UHGV virus genome: UHGV-0308383
Origin: a virus
Reading direction: 5' to 3' (one strand)
Length of the DNA stretch: 11,770 bases
Shown here: piece by piece, positions 1 to 7,184 of the stretch
Layout of the letters: each line of letters starts with the position of its first letter
How positions within the stretch are numbered: position 1 is the stretch's first letter
Program-made: the position numbers and the translations under genes
The notes under the pieces: generated by a model
Seen by the model: the letters and a program-made list of their open reading frames with translations, nothing else
Databases searched by the model: none
What the model was told of the DNA's origin: nothing

Positions 1-101
1 ATAAGACCTTTCTACAAAGATTCCTTCAAGTGGTTCTTTACCATTTTCAACTTCTCTGTTATGCCGTACTGCAAAGATGATTTGTTCGAACCAGTCAAAA
101 T
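1..101 (-). repeat. Direct repeat: exact 101-bp copy of 819..919 (internal part of CDS 585..1004); a coding-orientation gene fragment running off the left window edge
   Basis: Base-by-base identity of 1..101 with 819..919; identity breaks at 102 versus 920. Minus-strand translation would repeat the peptide FDWFEQIIFAVRHNREVENGKEPLEGIFVERSY. Confidence 0.85.
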
Positions 102-212
102 ATCAACCCTAAGAGACCGAGTAAAGGTGTTTGTATAAAAATCACAGGTCATGAAGAGTATATCTCAGTGGATGACTTTAGTGCATTCTGTAGTGGTTCT
201 TGTGTCTTTAAT
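100..212 (+). repeat. Inverted repeat: exact 113-bp reverse-complement copy of 597..709 (3' coding end of CDS 585..1004)
   Basis: Reverse complement of 597..709 equals 100..212; identity breaks at 99 and at 213. Confidence 0.85.
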
Positions 213-353
213 GGTTTTCACTATGATATCCGAGTTTACCCAATCAAGGGTGATGGTATCATGATGCAGGTATTCGATAATAACAATGGATTTACTCATT
301 TTTATCAGACAACCAAGTCATCACTGAAAACAGTTCTGGAAACACTGATTTAA
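102..353 (+). other. Start-less alternative C-terminal cassette: re-encodes the last ~37 codons of CDS 585..1004 (INPKRPSKGVCIKITGHEEYISVDDFSAFCSGSCVFN), then a unique 46-codon tail (GFHYDIRVYPIKGDG...TVLETLI) ending TAA at 351..353
   Basis: Open frame from 81 to 353 with no in-frame ATG until 262; the track's 168..353 ORF begins with GTG. The shared part is identical to the inverted repeat. Confidence 0.5.
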
Positions 354-364
354 AATATCTTAAG

Positions 365-388
365 AGCCTCCTTAATTGGGGGCTTTTT
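365..388 (+). terminator. Rho-independent terminator-like hairpin (AGCCTCC / GGGGGCT, one G-U pair, 6-nt loop) followed by TTTTT
   Basis: Stem 365..371 pairs with 378..384, T-run 384..388, directly after the cassette stop codon. Confidence 0.5.
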
Positions 389-510
389 ATTGAGTAAAAT
401 TTACGAAATTTATATTTTTTATAAAATTTATCGGTTGTTCCAACCTCTGGGTCACCATGATATGTGAACAAAATATCTAACCTTCTTAACAGCCTTCTTA
501 ATCTTACTCT

Positions 511-537
511 CTATATAGTTATATAGTACTATATAGT
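511..537. promoter_or_regulatory. Cluster of AT-rich palindromes: CTATATAG (511..518) and the perfect 14-bp palindrome ATATAGTACTATAT (521..534); candidate protein-binding site
   Basis: Exact dyad symmetry seen in sequence; lies in the intergenic region between the cassette and the 3' end of CDS 585..1004. Confidence 0.3.
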
Positions 538-584
538 ATCTTAGTAACTATCTAGTGGTCTTAATAGCCATCTGTATAGCCCTT

Positions 585-1004
585 CTAAATAGCCCTATTA
601 AAGACACAAGAACCACTACAGAATGCACTAAAGTCATCCACTGAGATATACTCTTCATGACCTGTGATTTTTATACAAACACCTTTACTCGGTCTCTTAG
701 GGTTGATATCTTCCATCACAGACATACTCTGTCCACCAAGAGAGACCATAGTGACCACTTTACGGTTCTTCTGTCTAAAGTACATCTTAACTTTCTGCAA
801 AGTGTCTTCATAGAACGGATAAGACCTTTCTACAAAGATTCCTTCAAGTGGTTCTTTACCATTTTCAACTTCTCTGTTATGCCGTACTGCAAAGATGATT
901 TGTTCGAACCAGTCAAAATTTTCTTCGGAGAGTGCTCCACGAATATCATTCCAGTCAAGGACTAGGTAGTTACCTTCAACTTCTTTTAAGTTATCTTTTT
1001 CCAT
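585..1004 (-). CDS. Hypothetical protein (139 aa from the ATG at 1002..1004; the track's 585..1049 ORF starts at a TTG); its 3' end is duplicated in inverted orientation at 100..212
   Basis: Long ORF ending TAG at 585..587; first ATG lies 13 nt downstream of the stop of the preceding gene, whereas the TTG start would overlap that gene by 32 nt. Confidence 0.7.
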   Translation of the reverse strand: MEKDNLKEVEGNYLVLDWNDIRGALSEENFDWFEQIIFAVRHNREVENGKEPLEGIFVERSYPFYEDTLQKVKMYFRQKNRKVVTMVSLGGQSMSVMEDINPKRPSKGVCIKITGHEEYISVDDFSAFCSGSCVFNRAI

Positions 1005-1017
1005 AGCTATCACACCA

Positions 1018-1482
1018 TTATCGTAAAACTTGGTAAGCTGGTACTGCAAACTTGTTGCTATTGTTCCTAATAAGGTCTTCTTCTGTTACTAAGAATGTAA
1101 TCCCACATAAGTGCGTATAGTGGCTGTCATACTCGAATATTTTAAGTAAGTATTTACCATCATGGTAGACAGACTCTACTACACCTTTTGCAACAATCTT
1201 TCCAGTCTTGAAGTCTTTAAGAGGGTATGTATTACCAACTTTAGGGACTGTTTTCACTTCAGGTTCTTTTAGCTTTTCGCCAGCTTCTACATCACCTAGC
1301 AAGTGAGAACTTTCAAACGCTACATATTGCATATAAGCTTCTGAGCATTCCCAGATAAAACAATGTACAAGAACCTTAGCAGCATGTCTTGAGCAATTCA
1401 ACTTATCACAAATTTCTGTGTACATCTCATCTTTAGTTGAGTTGTTAAGCATTGCTTTTTGAACTACTTCTTTAATTTTCAT
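1018..1482 (-). CDS. Hypothetical protein, 154 aa
   Basis: ATG at 1480..1482 preceded by GGAGAG; 11-nt overlap with the stop of the upstream gene. Confidence 0.7.
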   Translation of the reverse strand: MKIKEVVQKAMLNNSTKDEMYTEICDKLNCSRHAAKVLVHCFIWECSEAYMQYVAFESSHLLGDVEAGEKLKEPEVKTVPKVGNTYPLKDFKTGKIVAKGVVESVYHDGKYLLKIFEYDSHYTHLCGITFLVTEEDLIRNNSNKFAVPAYQVLR

Positions 1483-1900
1483 AAGCTCTCCGAATAACCC
1501 TATTAAGCATCTCTAAAGTCAGCTTTCCAGATTCTAAATGCGGCATAACAAGCTTTAAAGCTTTTTCAACATCATGCACAACAGCTATTATACCTTCTTC
1601 ATAGGCTTCTACAAGGATATCTTTTACGTTTTGTTGGTTATCTTTTTGTGGTATTGCTAGACGCATATTAAACTCATTTGCTTGAGGGTGGTCACTACCA
1701 CGCCAGTAACCATCTTTGTTAAAGCTGATGTAGTCACCGTGGTAAAAGTGTACACCATTAGCTTTAAACTTCTCCAGCACAAGGCATTGAATTGGGTATT
1801 CAGTATTCCACTCCCTGACTCCTATAACCTTCACTGTTGCGATGTACTCCTGTGTTTTTGCATCTATGATGTCAAGTTCTTGACCAGCTATGATTTGCAT
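1472..1900 (-). CDS. Hypothetical protein, 142 aa
   Basis: ATG at 1898..1900 with GAAGGTAG Shine-Dalgarno upstream. Confidence 0.7.
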   Translation of the reverse strand: MQIIAGQELDIIDAKTQEYIATVKVIGVREWNTEYPIQCLVLEKFKANGVHFYHGDYISFNKDGYWRGSDHPQANEFNMRLAIPQKDNQQNVKDILVEAYEEGIIAVVHDVEKALKLVMPHLESGKLTLEMLNRVIRRAYEN

Positions 1901-1953
1901 ATTCGCTACCTTCTAAGTTTCTACAAAGGGGCTATCAAGTAACCCCTAAGTTA

Positions 1954-2178
1954 TTACTCAGACTTTTCAGTCTTCTTATCAGATTTCTTACTAGTCTTCT
2001 TCTCAGCCTTCTGCTCAGGTTCTTTCTCAGGAATTGCCTTGATAACCATATCAAGAAGCTCTGATAAGTCACTCTTCAGTAAAGTAACAGGCTGCTCATT
2101 GTAGAAGTTTTTGTCAAGATAAACTTTGAACTCTTCTATAGAAGGAAATCCAAAAATTGGTACAGGTGTCTTAATCAT
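1954..2178 (-). CDS. Hypothetical small protein, 74 aa, with a Lys/Glu-rich C-terminal tail
   Basis: ATG start; C-terminus EPEQKAEKKTSKKSDKKTEKSE. Confidence 0.6.
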   Translation of the reverse strand: MIKTPVPIFGFPSIEEFKVYLDKNFYNEQPVTLLKSDLSELLDMVIKAIPEKEPEQKAEKKTSKKSDKKTEKSE

Positions 2179-2254
2179 TACTTAGTCTCTCCATAGGCAT
2201 CTTTCAAGATTGCCTTGTTAATCATTTCAGCGATTGCAAAACGAACACATACAG

Positions 2255-2788
2255 CTATAATTGTAGGTTGCATTCTTTACTTACCTCTTCAAGTTTAACC
2301 TCAGAGTCCTTAAGTCGTTTCTTATGAACTCTGAATCTCATTAGTGAGATGATGATACCAGCTAAAGGAACAGCATACAAGTACCAAACATCATAGACCT
2401 TTGCGGTAATCTGTGTAATGGTTAAGTCTTGAGCTATGTAGCTGATTGATGATACGGCTATCAATGTTGCTAAGAAGAAAACCAGTATCATAGCAATATT
2501 CAGACAACCTCTTGCATGGTATTCATGCTTAATGCACTTATTCTTTTCGTCAACAACTCTGTTGTAGTCGTTTGTAAAGTCTCTGTAGAAAGCTTTCAAG
2601 TACTCTTGATTGTAACCTTCAAAACAACCTGTACCGTACCAATAATCACCACCAAAATGTGCTATGATACCAGTATCTCCATTTGGTTTAGTTACTCTTA
2701 AAGAGACATGATGACCAGTTTTCTGGTAGTCTATCTTGTATCTTTCTTCAAAAATCATTTTCCAACCCCTCTCAATCGTTTGTTCCAT
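2255..2788 (-). CDS. Membrane protein, 177 aa: ~100-aa N-terminal soluble domain, two predicted transmembrane helices, charged C-terminal tail
   Basis: Hydrophobic stretches IAMILVFFLATLIAVSSISYIA and WYLYAVPLAGIIISLM followed by RFRVHKKRLKDSEVKLEE. Confidence 0.65.
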   Translation of the reverse strand: MEQTIERGWKMIFEERYKIDYQKTGHHVSLRVTKPNGDTGIIAHFGGDYWYGTGCFEGYNQEYLKAFYRDFTNDYNRVVDEKNKCIKHEYHARGCLNIAMILVFFLATLIAVSSISYIAQDLTITQITAKVYDVWYLYAVPLAGIIISLMRFRVHKKRLKDSEVKLEEVSKECNLQL

Positions 2789-2973
2789 TCAAGGTCAACA
2801 AGTCTTTGCAGGACTTTACCTCTAGGTGTTACACCTTTTAAATCTGCATCATAACAATGGTAAAAATCACCTTCAGCATGTCTACCATAGCATTTCCTGA
2901 TATTCTGGCTTCTACGATATTGTTCTAATAGAGACAGCTTGTAGTAATCTTCAACTGTAGTTAACTTTTTCAT
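2755..2973 (-). CDS. Hypothetical protein, 72 aa; 3' end overlaps the start of 2255..2788 by 34 nt
   Basis: ATG at 2971..2973 with GGTGAG upstream; basic, Cys/His-containing product. Confidence 0.45.
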   Translation of the reverse strand: MKKLTTVEDYYKLSLLEQYRRSQNIRKCYGRHAEGDFYHCYDADLKGVTPRGKVLQRLVDLEWNKRLRGVGK

Positions 2974-3065
2974 TCTCTCACCATAGCGTTTCTGAACTGA
3001 CGTTGTGTTTCTCTTGTAACTTCATTTGGAGTGAGACCAGCTTTAGCCATATCTACTCTCCAGAA

Positions 3066-3097
3066 ACTAAAAAGGGAACTACCTCTCGATAGCTCCC
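3066..3097 (-). terminator. Rho-independent terminator-like hairpin on the minus strand (GGGAGC/GTTCCC stem, 12-nt loop) followed by UUUUU
   Basis: Stem 3074..3079 / 3092..3097; minus-strand T-run is the complement of 3069..3073; lies just after the stop of CDS 3123..3704. Confidence 0.45.
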
Positions 3098-3122
3098 ATC
3101 ATAGTTAATCTTGTATACTTGG

Positions 3123-3704
3123 TCAAGAGTATTTTTTAGGCAGTAATGCACTGCGCTTGTTACTCTCTTCACTCAACAGTGCGATAAAGTCATCACCTTT
3201 ACCTTTCCACGGACTGAATGAAGGGATATGTTCACGAATGGCTTCAATCACTGTCTTCAGTGCTGTATTTTTCATCCACCAATCAGAATCTGCTGATGCT
3301 ACCACGTAGTATGCACCTTCATCTGTCAGGATTGGTTCTGATATACATGGTGAAATCAAAGTAGTGATGATTGAACCATTATTCATATAATATGTGCGCT
3401 TCATAACCTTTTCAAGAAGCTTGTGTAGGTCACCAAACAGTGTTACAAGTTCTTTGTGGTCAATGTCTTTTTCAAGATTTGCACGATACTTCAACAAAGC
3501 TGCATCAACTTCTCTGTCATTGAACTTGAAGTATTGGACTTCATCAACAAGACAAACGCTGATGTTGTTAACGTTCATGGTCAACTTGCAAACTTTTGCA
3601 GGGGAATTGATGCTTGGTTGAAAAAGTGCTATACACCCTTCAATGTTTCCAAAATGTTGAACTAGTGTTACTTGTGGAGTGATAAGCTGTTGCTCTTCGG
3701 ACAT
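3123..3704 (-). CDS. Hypothetical protein, 193 aa
   Basis: ATG at 3702..3704; stop of the upstream gene overlaps the start by 1 nt. Confidence 0.75.
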   Translation of the reverse strand: MSEEQQLITPQVTLVQHFGNIEGCIALFQPSINSPAKVCKLTMNVNNISVCLVDEVQYFKFNDREVDAALLKYRANLEKDIDHKELVTLFGDLHKLLEKVMKRTYYMNNGSIITTLISPCISEPILTDEGAYYVVASADSDWWMKNTALKTVIEAIREHIPSFSPWKGKGDDFIALLSEESNKRSALLPKKYS

Positions 3705-4048
3705 TACAGTTTCCTCATTAAATACTTTTTAAGTTGTGTGTTAGGTTTCTCAAAAACTTCTATAGAAGATATCTTGACAGATTCACCTCGCATACCAGTA
3801 TGTTTGAATATGTAATACTCTAACATCCCTATGTACTTTGCTGGTAAGTCATGCTTGACATACACCGTTACAGAATCTTCAAATTCGACAACCTTCGTAC
3901 CATCTTTGTAGTTAAACTCTTTAGGATGTTTGTAGTTATCTATGTCGTACATTAAAAAGAGTCTTTTACGTTGTAAGTCAAGCTTATTTGTTAAAGACTC
4001 TTTGATATCTGAGAAGTTTTTGTAAACTGTGACATGGAGCTTACTCAT
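3704..4048 (-). CDS. Hypothetical protein, 114 aa
   Basis: ATG at 4046..4048; start-stop overlaps with both neighbours. Confidence 0.7.
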   Translation of the reverse strand: MSKLHVTVYKNFSDIKESLTNKLDLQRKRLFLMYDIDNYKHPKEFNYKDGTKVVEFEDSVTVYVKHDLPAKYIGMLEYYIFKHTGMRGESVKISSIEVFEKPNTQLKKYLMRKL

Positions 4049-4334
4049 CGTTAAACTCTCTGACGAAGAAATAGTTGACTTTATTATTACCTACCATAAG
4101 GTCAAAGCAGGTATTCTCAAAAGGTTTGTTGTAGGCATCGTATGAAACATATGGGTCAGCTACTTGCTTAGTGCTTAACTTCTTACTTGATGGATTTAAG
4201 AGGCCACCATACAGATTCTTGATAGCCTCTTCTACAACAGACCAGATGATTTCGTCAGTAATTTCTTCGTACAGGTCAAGTTCACGCTCTAGTGAGAAGT
4301 CACAAATAGGGAAAATAACCTGTACTTTACTCAT
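4041..4334 (-). CDS. Hypothetical protein, 97 aa
   Basis: ATG at 4332..4334; overlapping start-stop arrangement. Confidence 0.7.
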   Translation of the reverse strand: MSKVQVIFPICDFSLERELDLYEEITDEIIWSVVEEAIKNLYGGLLNPSSKKLSTKQVADPYVSYDAYNKPFENTCFDLMVGNNKVNYFFVREFNDE

Positions 4335-4729
4335 TAACGGATAACCTGTGTGACTTGAATTGCTTCAGTTACTGATAAATCACCTACTTTCTCTTCTTTG
4401 ATAAAGGTGAAGGTGAGTTCAACAGGTTCTTGCTCTTCTTGCTCAACTTGAATACCATTAAGCTCATCAAAGATTGATTGAGTTGTCCAGTCTTCTCCAC
4501 CATCTGGATAGTGGATTGCATAAAGAGGAAACTCTAAATTATACCAAGCAAAAACAGGGCAACCATCTGCATCATCTCGACATCTGTGGAGATATGTGTT
4601 TGTACCTTCAAAATGCAAATGAAGATTACCATTCTTCTCAAATAGAAGAGCATCTTGCAGGTCTAATTCTTCATTTTCACTGTAACGACTGACATCAACT
4701 TTAACGTGGATATGACTGCTATTATTCAT
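4334..4729 (-). CDS. Hypothetical acidic protein, 131 aa
   Basis: ATG at 4727..4729; 1-nt stop/start overlap with the downstream gene. Confidence 0.7.
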   Translation of the reverse strand: MNNSSHIHVKVDVSRYSENEELDLQDALLFEKNGNLHLHFEGTNTYLHRCRDDADGCPVFAWYNLEFPLYAIHYPDGGEDWTTQSIFDELNGIQVEQEEQEPVELTFTFIKEEKVGDLSVTEAIQVTQVIR

Positions 4730-5120
4730 AAAAACCTCTCTCTGCTTGTTCGATTTTTGCTCTTAAAACTTCACATCGTTCTATGTGATATCTGGCCTCA
4801 TGCTCATGTGTTGCCAAAGTCCTTTCAAGAACTGTTTTATAGTAACTCGCAAGCTGCTCTCTTGTCAAGGGGTGTTCTGAAATAATATCAAGTCCACTTT
4901 CACCAAGAGGGTTGAATTGTCCATGTTCATTGACATTGTAAGTCTCAAACTTGAACAGACCATTGTTCACAGACTCAATAGGTGACAGTTCAACAAGCTC
5001 TACAGTAAACCGTGTATACACCTTGTCACCTCTTGAAACCACATTGTTTCCGACAATGCGTACAAGCGAACCATTACGAGTGTACTTAAAAGTCCCAAAG
5101 TCACTAGCCCAAAGCTTCAT
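4722..5120 (-). CDS. Hypothetical protein, 132 aa
   Basis: ATG at 5118..5120 preceded by AAGGAGAAAACT, just downstream of the terminator at 5131..5161. Confidence 0.75.
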   Translation of the reverse strand: MKLWASDFGTFKYTRNGSLVRIVGNNVVSRGDKVYTRFTVELVELSPIESVNNGLFKFETYNVNEHGQFNPLGESGLDIISEHPLTREQLASYYKTVLERTLATHEHEARYHIERCEVLRAKIEQAERGFYE

Positions 5121-5130
5121 AGTTTTCTCC

Positions 5131-5161
5131 TTAGAAAATAAAAAAGGCTCCCGAAGGAGCC
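5131..5161 (-). terminator. Rho-independent terminator on the minus strand: GGCUCC-UUCG-GGAGCC hairpin followed by UUUUUUAUUUU
   Basis: Perfect 6-bp GC-rich stem (5146..5151 / 5156..5161) with a UUCG tetraloop; U-run is the complement of 5131..5145; directly 3' of the endolysin stop. Confidence 0.8.
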
Positions 5162-5171
5162 TATGAAGATA

Positions 5172-5636
5172 TTACTTTGGATATACACTGTCAAGATAAA
5201 TGTTAGCTTCCATTCTACGTCTATTTTTCAGGCCGTTTGAAGTGACCTTCTCACCTTTGACTGTAATCTTGTTCCACCACTGCATAGCTTCTGCACAACC
5301 TACCTTATTACCAGCATTGTGGCGCTTAATAAATGTAGAATCCTGCATAGCTGTGATACCAATGTTGTATGTTTCACTTACAAGTGCATCGAACTCATTC
5401 TGAGAGGTTGGAACCTTGATAGCTTTGTTCACTGCTGCAACAAACTTTTCAACATCTGCGAGAAGATACTGTTCAGCTTGTCCAGCCGTGATTTTCATAC
5501 CCATCTTAACAGGTTTTCCGTCAATACGGATTGTACCATACCCGATTGTTGGGATTCCGGCAGAGTCTTTGTAAGCCTCTAACTTCAGACCTTCAAAGAA
5601 CTTAATGGCTTCTAAGCCTTTTCTTGAGAGTTGCAT
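5172..5636 (-). CDS. Endolysin: phage lysozyme (glycoside hydrolase family 24, P22 gp19 / lambda R / T4 e type), 154 aa, no signal or SAR segment
   Basis: Motifs FEGLKLEAYKDSAGIPTIGYGT (catalytic Glu/Asp/Thr region) and GLKNRRRMEANIY are typical of this lysozyme family (recognised by eye); strong GGGGAGG Shine-Dalgarno; ATG overlaps the upstream stop (TAATG). Confidence 0.9.
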   Translation of the reverse strand: MQLSRKGLEAIKFFEGLKLEAYKDSAGIPTIGYGTIRIDGKPVKMGMKITAGQAEQYLLADVEKFVAAVNKAIKVPTSQNEFDALVSETYNIGITAMQDSTFIKRHNAGNKVGCAEAMQWWNKITVKGEKVTSNGLKNRRRMEANIYLDSVYPK

Positions 5637-6769
5637 TATGCCTCCCCTGTTGGGTTAACTGTAACTGTTGCCGCATTAGATGTTACAGAGCCACCTGCAC
5701 CAGTCACTACGCAAGTGTAGCTTCCTGCATCAGCAGCAGTTGCACCTTCTTTGGTGTAAGTTGCAGTCATTGCGTCTGGGATGTTTTCCTCACCCTTCTT
5801 CCACTGGTAACCTGTCGCACCTGTTGCCACAACGTTGAGTGTCAATGTCTCACCTTCAGTGATTTCTTGATTAGTTGGCTGTTGAGTGATTACAGGAAGT
5901 GCTTTAACGGTTACTGTTGCAGGGCTAGAAGTAACGGAACCACCTGCACCTGTTACAACGCAAGTATATGAACCTGCATCTGCTGGTAGTGCGCCAGACT
6001 TGCTATAAGTAGCGTTTGTAGCTGAAGGAATATTAGAGCCATCTTTCTTCCACTGATAGCCCGTTGCACCTGTGGCAGTCACTTCCAAGCTAATGTTGCC
6101 ACCTTCATTGATGGTCTGGCTAGAAGGTTGTTTGGTAATCACTGGTAAAGCGTTCACAGTAACTGTTGCTTCATCTGAGGTAACGCTTGTTCCAGCCTCT
6201 CCAGATACAACACAAGTGTATGAGCCAGCGTCAGAAGGTACTACAGATTGTTTTGTGTAAGTTGCAGAAGTGGCACTGGGGATATCCTCACCATCCTTCT
6301 TCCACTGATATCCAGTGGCGTTAGTTGCTAGAACACTTAGAGTAAGTGTGCCACCCTCATTGACTGTTTGTCCTGTTGGTTGCTGAGTAATTGCTGGTGG
6401 CTTAATAGCATCCTTCAGCTTAGCATTCAACATTGAGAATGGCTTCACTCTTGCCAGCCATTCACAGTAAATTGTGTCAACATCTTTACCGTTGATAATT
6501 GCATACTGTAAATCCATGAAGAAATCAGCAGTTCTCATCTGCGCGCCGACGCTGTAAAGGAGTTCATCACTAAATGGAACTTTGTAGTCTGGTTTGTAAT
6601 CAAACTTCTCAACTTCTGCAATATCAGCTTCAGGCCAATATGAACTATAGGTAAGTGGTAAAATAGCTTCTTGATATGTTCTAAAATCATATCTCTTACC
6701 AGCCTTTACATTTGCAATGAAGCCCTTTACAAATTCTTTGAAGTCTGGGTAAGTCTTTGCTTTAATCAT
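5636..6769 (-). CDS. Protein with three tandem Ig-like (I-set-like) domains at the C-terminus and an N-terminal domain paralogous to CDS 6766..7137; candidate virion-decoration or adhesion protein
   Basis: Three ~80-aa repeats with the pattern QP..Q...EG..L.L.V.ATGATGYQWKKDG..IP.AT.ATY.K.....ADAGSYTCVV.G.GGSVTS..ATVTV; N-terminal 130 aa aligns with 6766..7137 (MDLQYAI vs MDIQYVI, YWPEAD vs KWPEED). Confidence 0.85.
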   Translation of the reverse strand: MIKAKTYPDFKEFVKGFIANVKAGKRYDFRTYQEAILPLTYSSYWPEADIAEVEKFDYKPDYKVPFSDELLYSVGAQMRTADFFMDLQYAIINGKDVDTIYCEWLARVKPFSMLNAKLKDAIKPPAITQQPTGQTVNEGGTLTLSVLATNATGYQWKKDGEDIPSATSATYTKQSVVPSDAGSYTCVVSGEAGTSVTSDEATVTVNALPVITKQPSSQTINEGGNISLEVTATGATGYQWKKDGSNIPSATNATYSKSGALPADAGSYTCVVTGAGGSVTSSPATVTVKALPVITQQPTNQEITEGETLTLNVVATGATGYQWKKGEENIPDAMTATYTKEGATAADAGSYTCVVTGAGGSVTSNAATVTVNPTGEA

Positions 6770-7137
6770 TTCTTTTTAGCCTCTAAACGTGCGTTTAATC
6801 TAAAATAGCCTTTATGTTGTGGAGACACATCACTAACAACAATACCTTCAACTTTATAGCCCTTACCAATTACATACTGGATATCCATAAGAAACGTACC
6901 AAGCCCAACAATGTGGAACATCGGGTATAGTAACTTATCTGAATCTGGGAGTTTAATTTCTGGGTTATAGGCGGGTTGTTCGGCAGTTGGTGTAATATCC
7001 TCTTCAGGCCATTTACTCATTCTCCATGTTAAAGGTGATGCAATAACATCGTTGAGATTATATCTTTCACCATTCTCCACGGAGTGGATATAGGATTGTA
7101 GGAAGCAGTAAAAGTCTTTTGCACTCTTAGCCTTCAT
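6766..7137 (-). CDS. Hypothetical protein, 123 aa; paralog of the N-terminal domain of CDS 5636..6769
   Basis: ATG at 7135..7137 with AAGGAT upstream; ATGA overlap with the downstream start; clear paralogy seen by eye. Confidence 0.8.
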   Translation of the reverse strand: MKAKSAKDFYCFLQSYIHSVENGERYNLNDVIASPLTWRMSKWPEEDITPTAEQPAYNPEIKLPDSDKLLYPMFHIVGLGTFLMDIQYVIGKGYKVEGIVVSDVSPQHKGYFRLNARLEAKKK

Positions 7138-7147
7138 TAAATATCCT

Positions 7148-7176
7148 TATAAATAGAGAAAGGGGCATCAGCCCCT
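7148..7176 (-). terminator. Terminator-like hairpin on the minus strand (AGGGGC-UGAU-GCCCCU) followed by a U-rich tract
   Basis: Stem 7161..7166 / 7171..7176; minus-strand downstream sequence TTCTCTATTTAT; lies between CDS 7185..7775 and 6766..7137. Confidence 0.5.
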
Positions 7177-7184
7177 GTTTATAC

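Noticed and set aside
168-353. The track's 168..353 ORF as an independent 61-aa gene
   Set aside because: It starts at GTG with no ribosome-binding site and its first 15 codons are an inverted copy of another gene's end; treated as a silent cassette rather than a stand-alone CDS.
657-6260. Plus-strand ORFs from the track lying inside minus-strand genes (657..965, 1682..1942, 2516..2701, 3394..3621, 3456..3665, 4474..4692, 4951..5166, 5200..5403, 5319..5582, 5624..5971, 6072..6260)
   Set aside because: Each is antisense to a longer minus-strand ORF that has a ribosome-binding site and start-stop coupling with its neighbours; they are low-complexity or Cys/Ser-rich and lack ribosome-binding sites, so they are most likely shadow ORFs.
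7148-7155. TATAAATA (T4 late-promoter consensus) on the plus strand at 7148..7155
   Set aside because: It points against the direction of all surrounding genes and overlaps a minus-strand terminator and ribosome-binding site; probably a chance match in AT-rich DNA.
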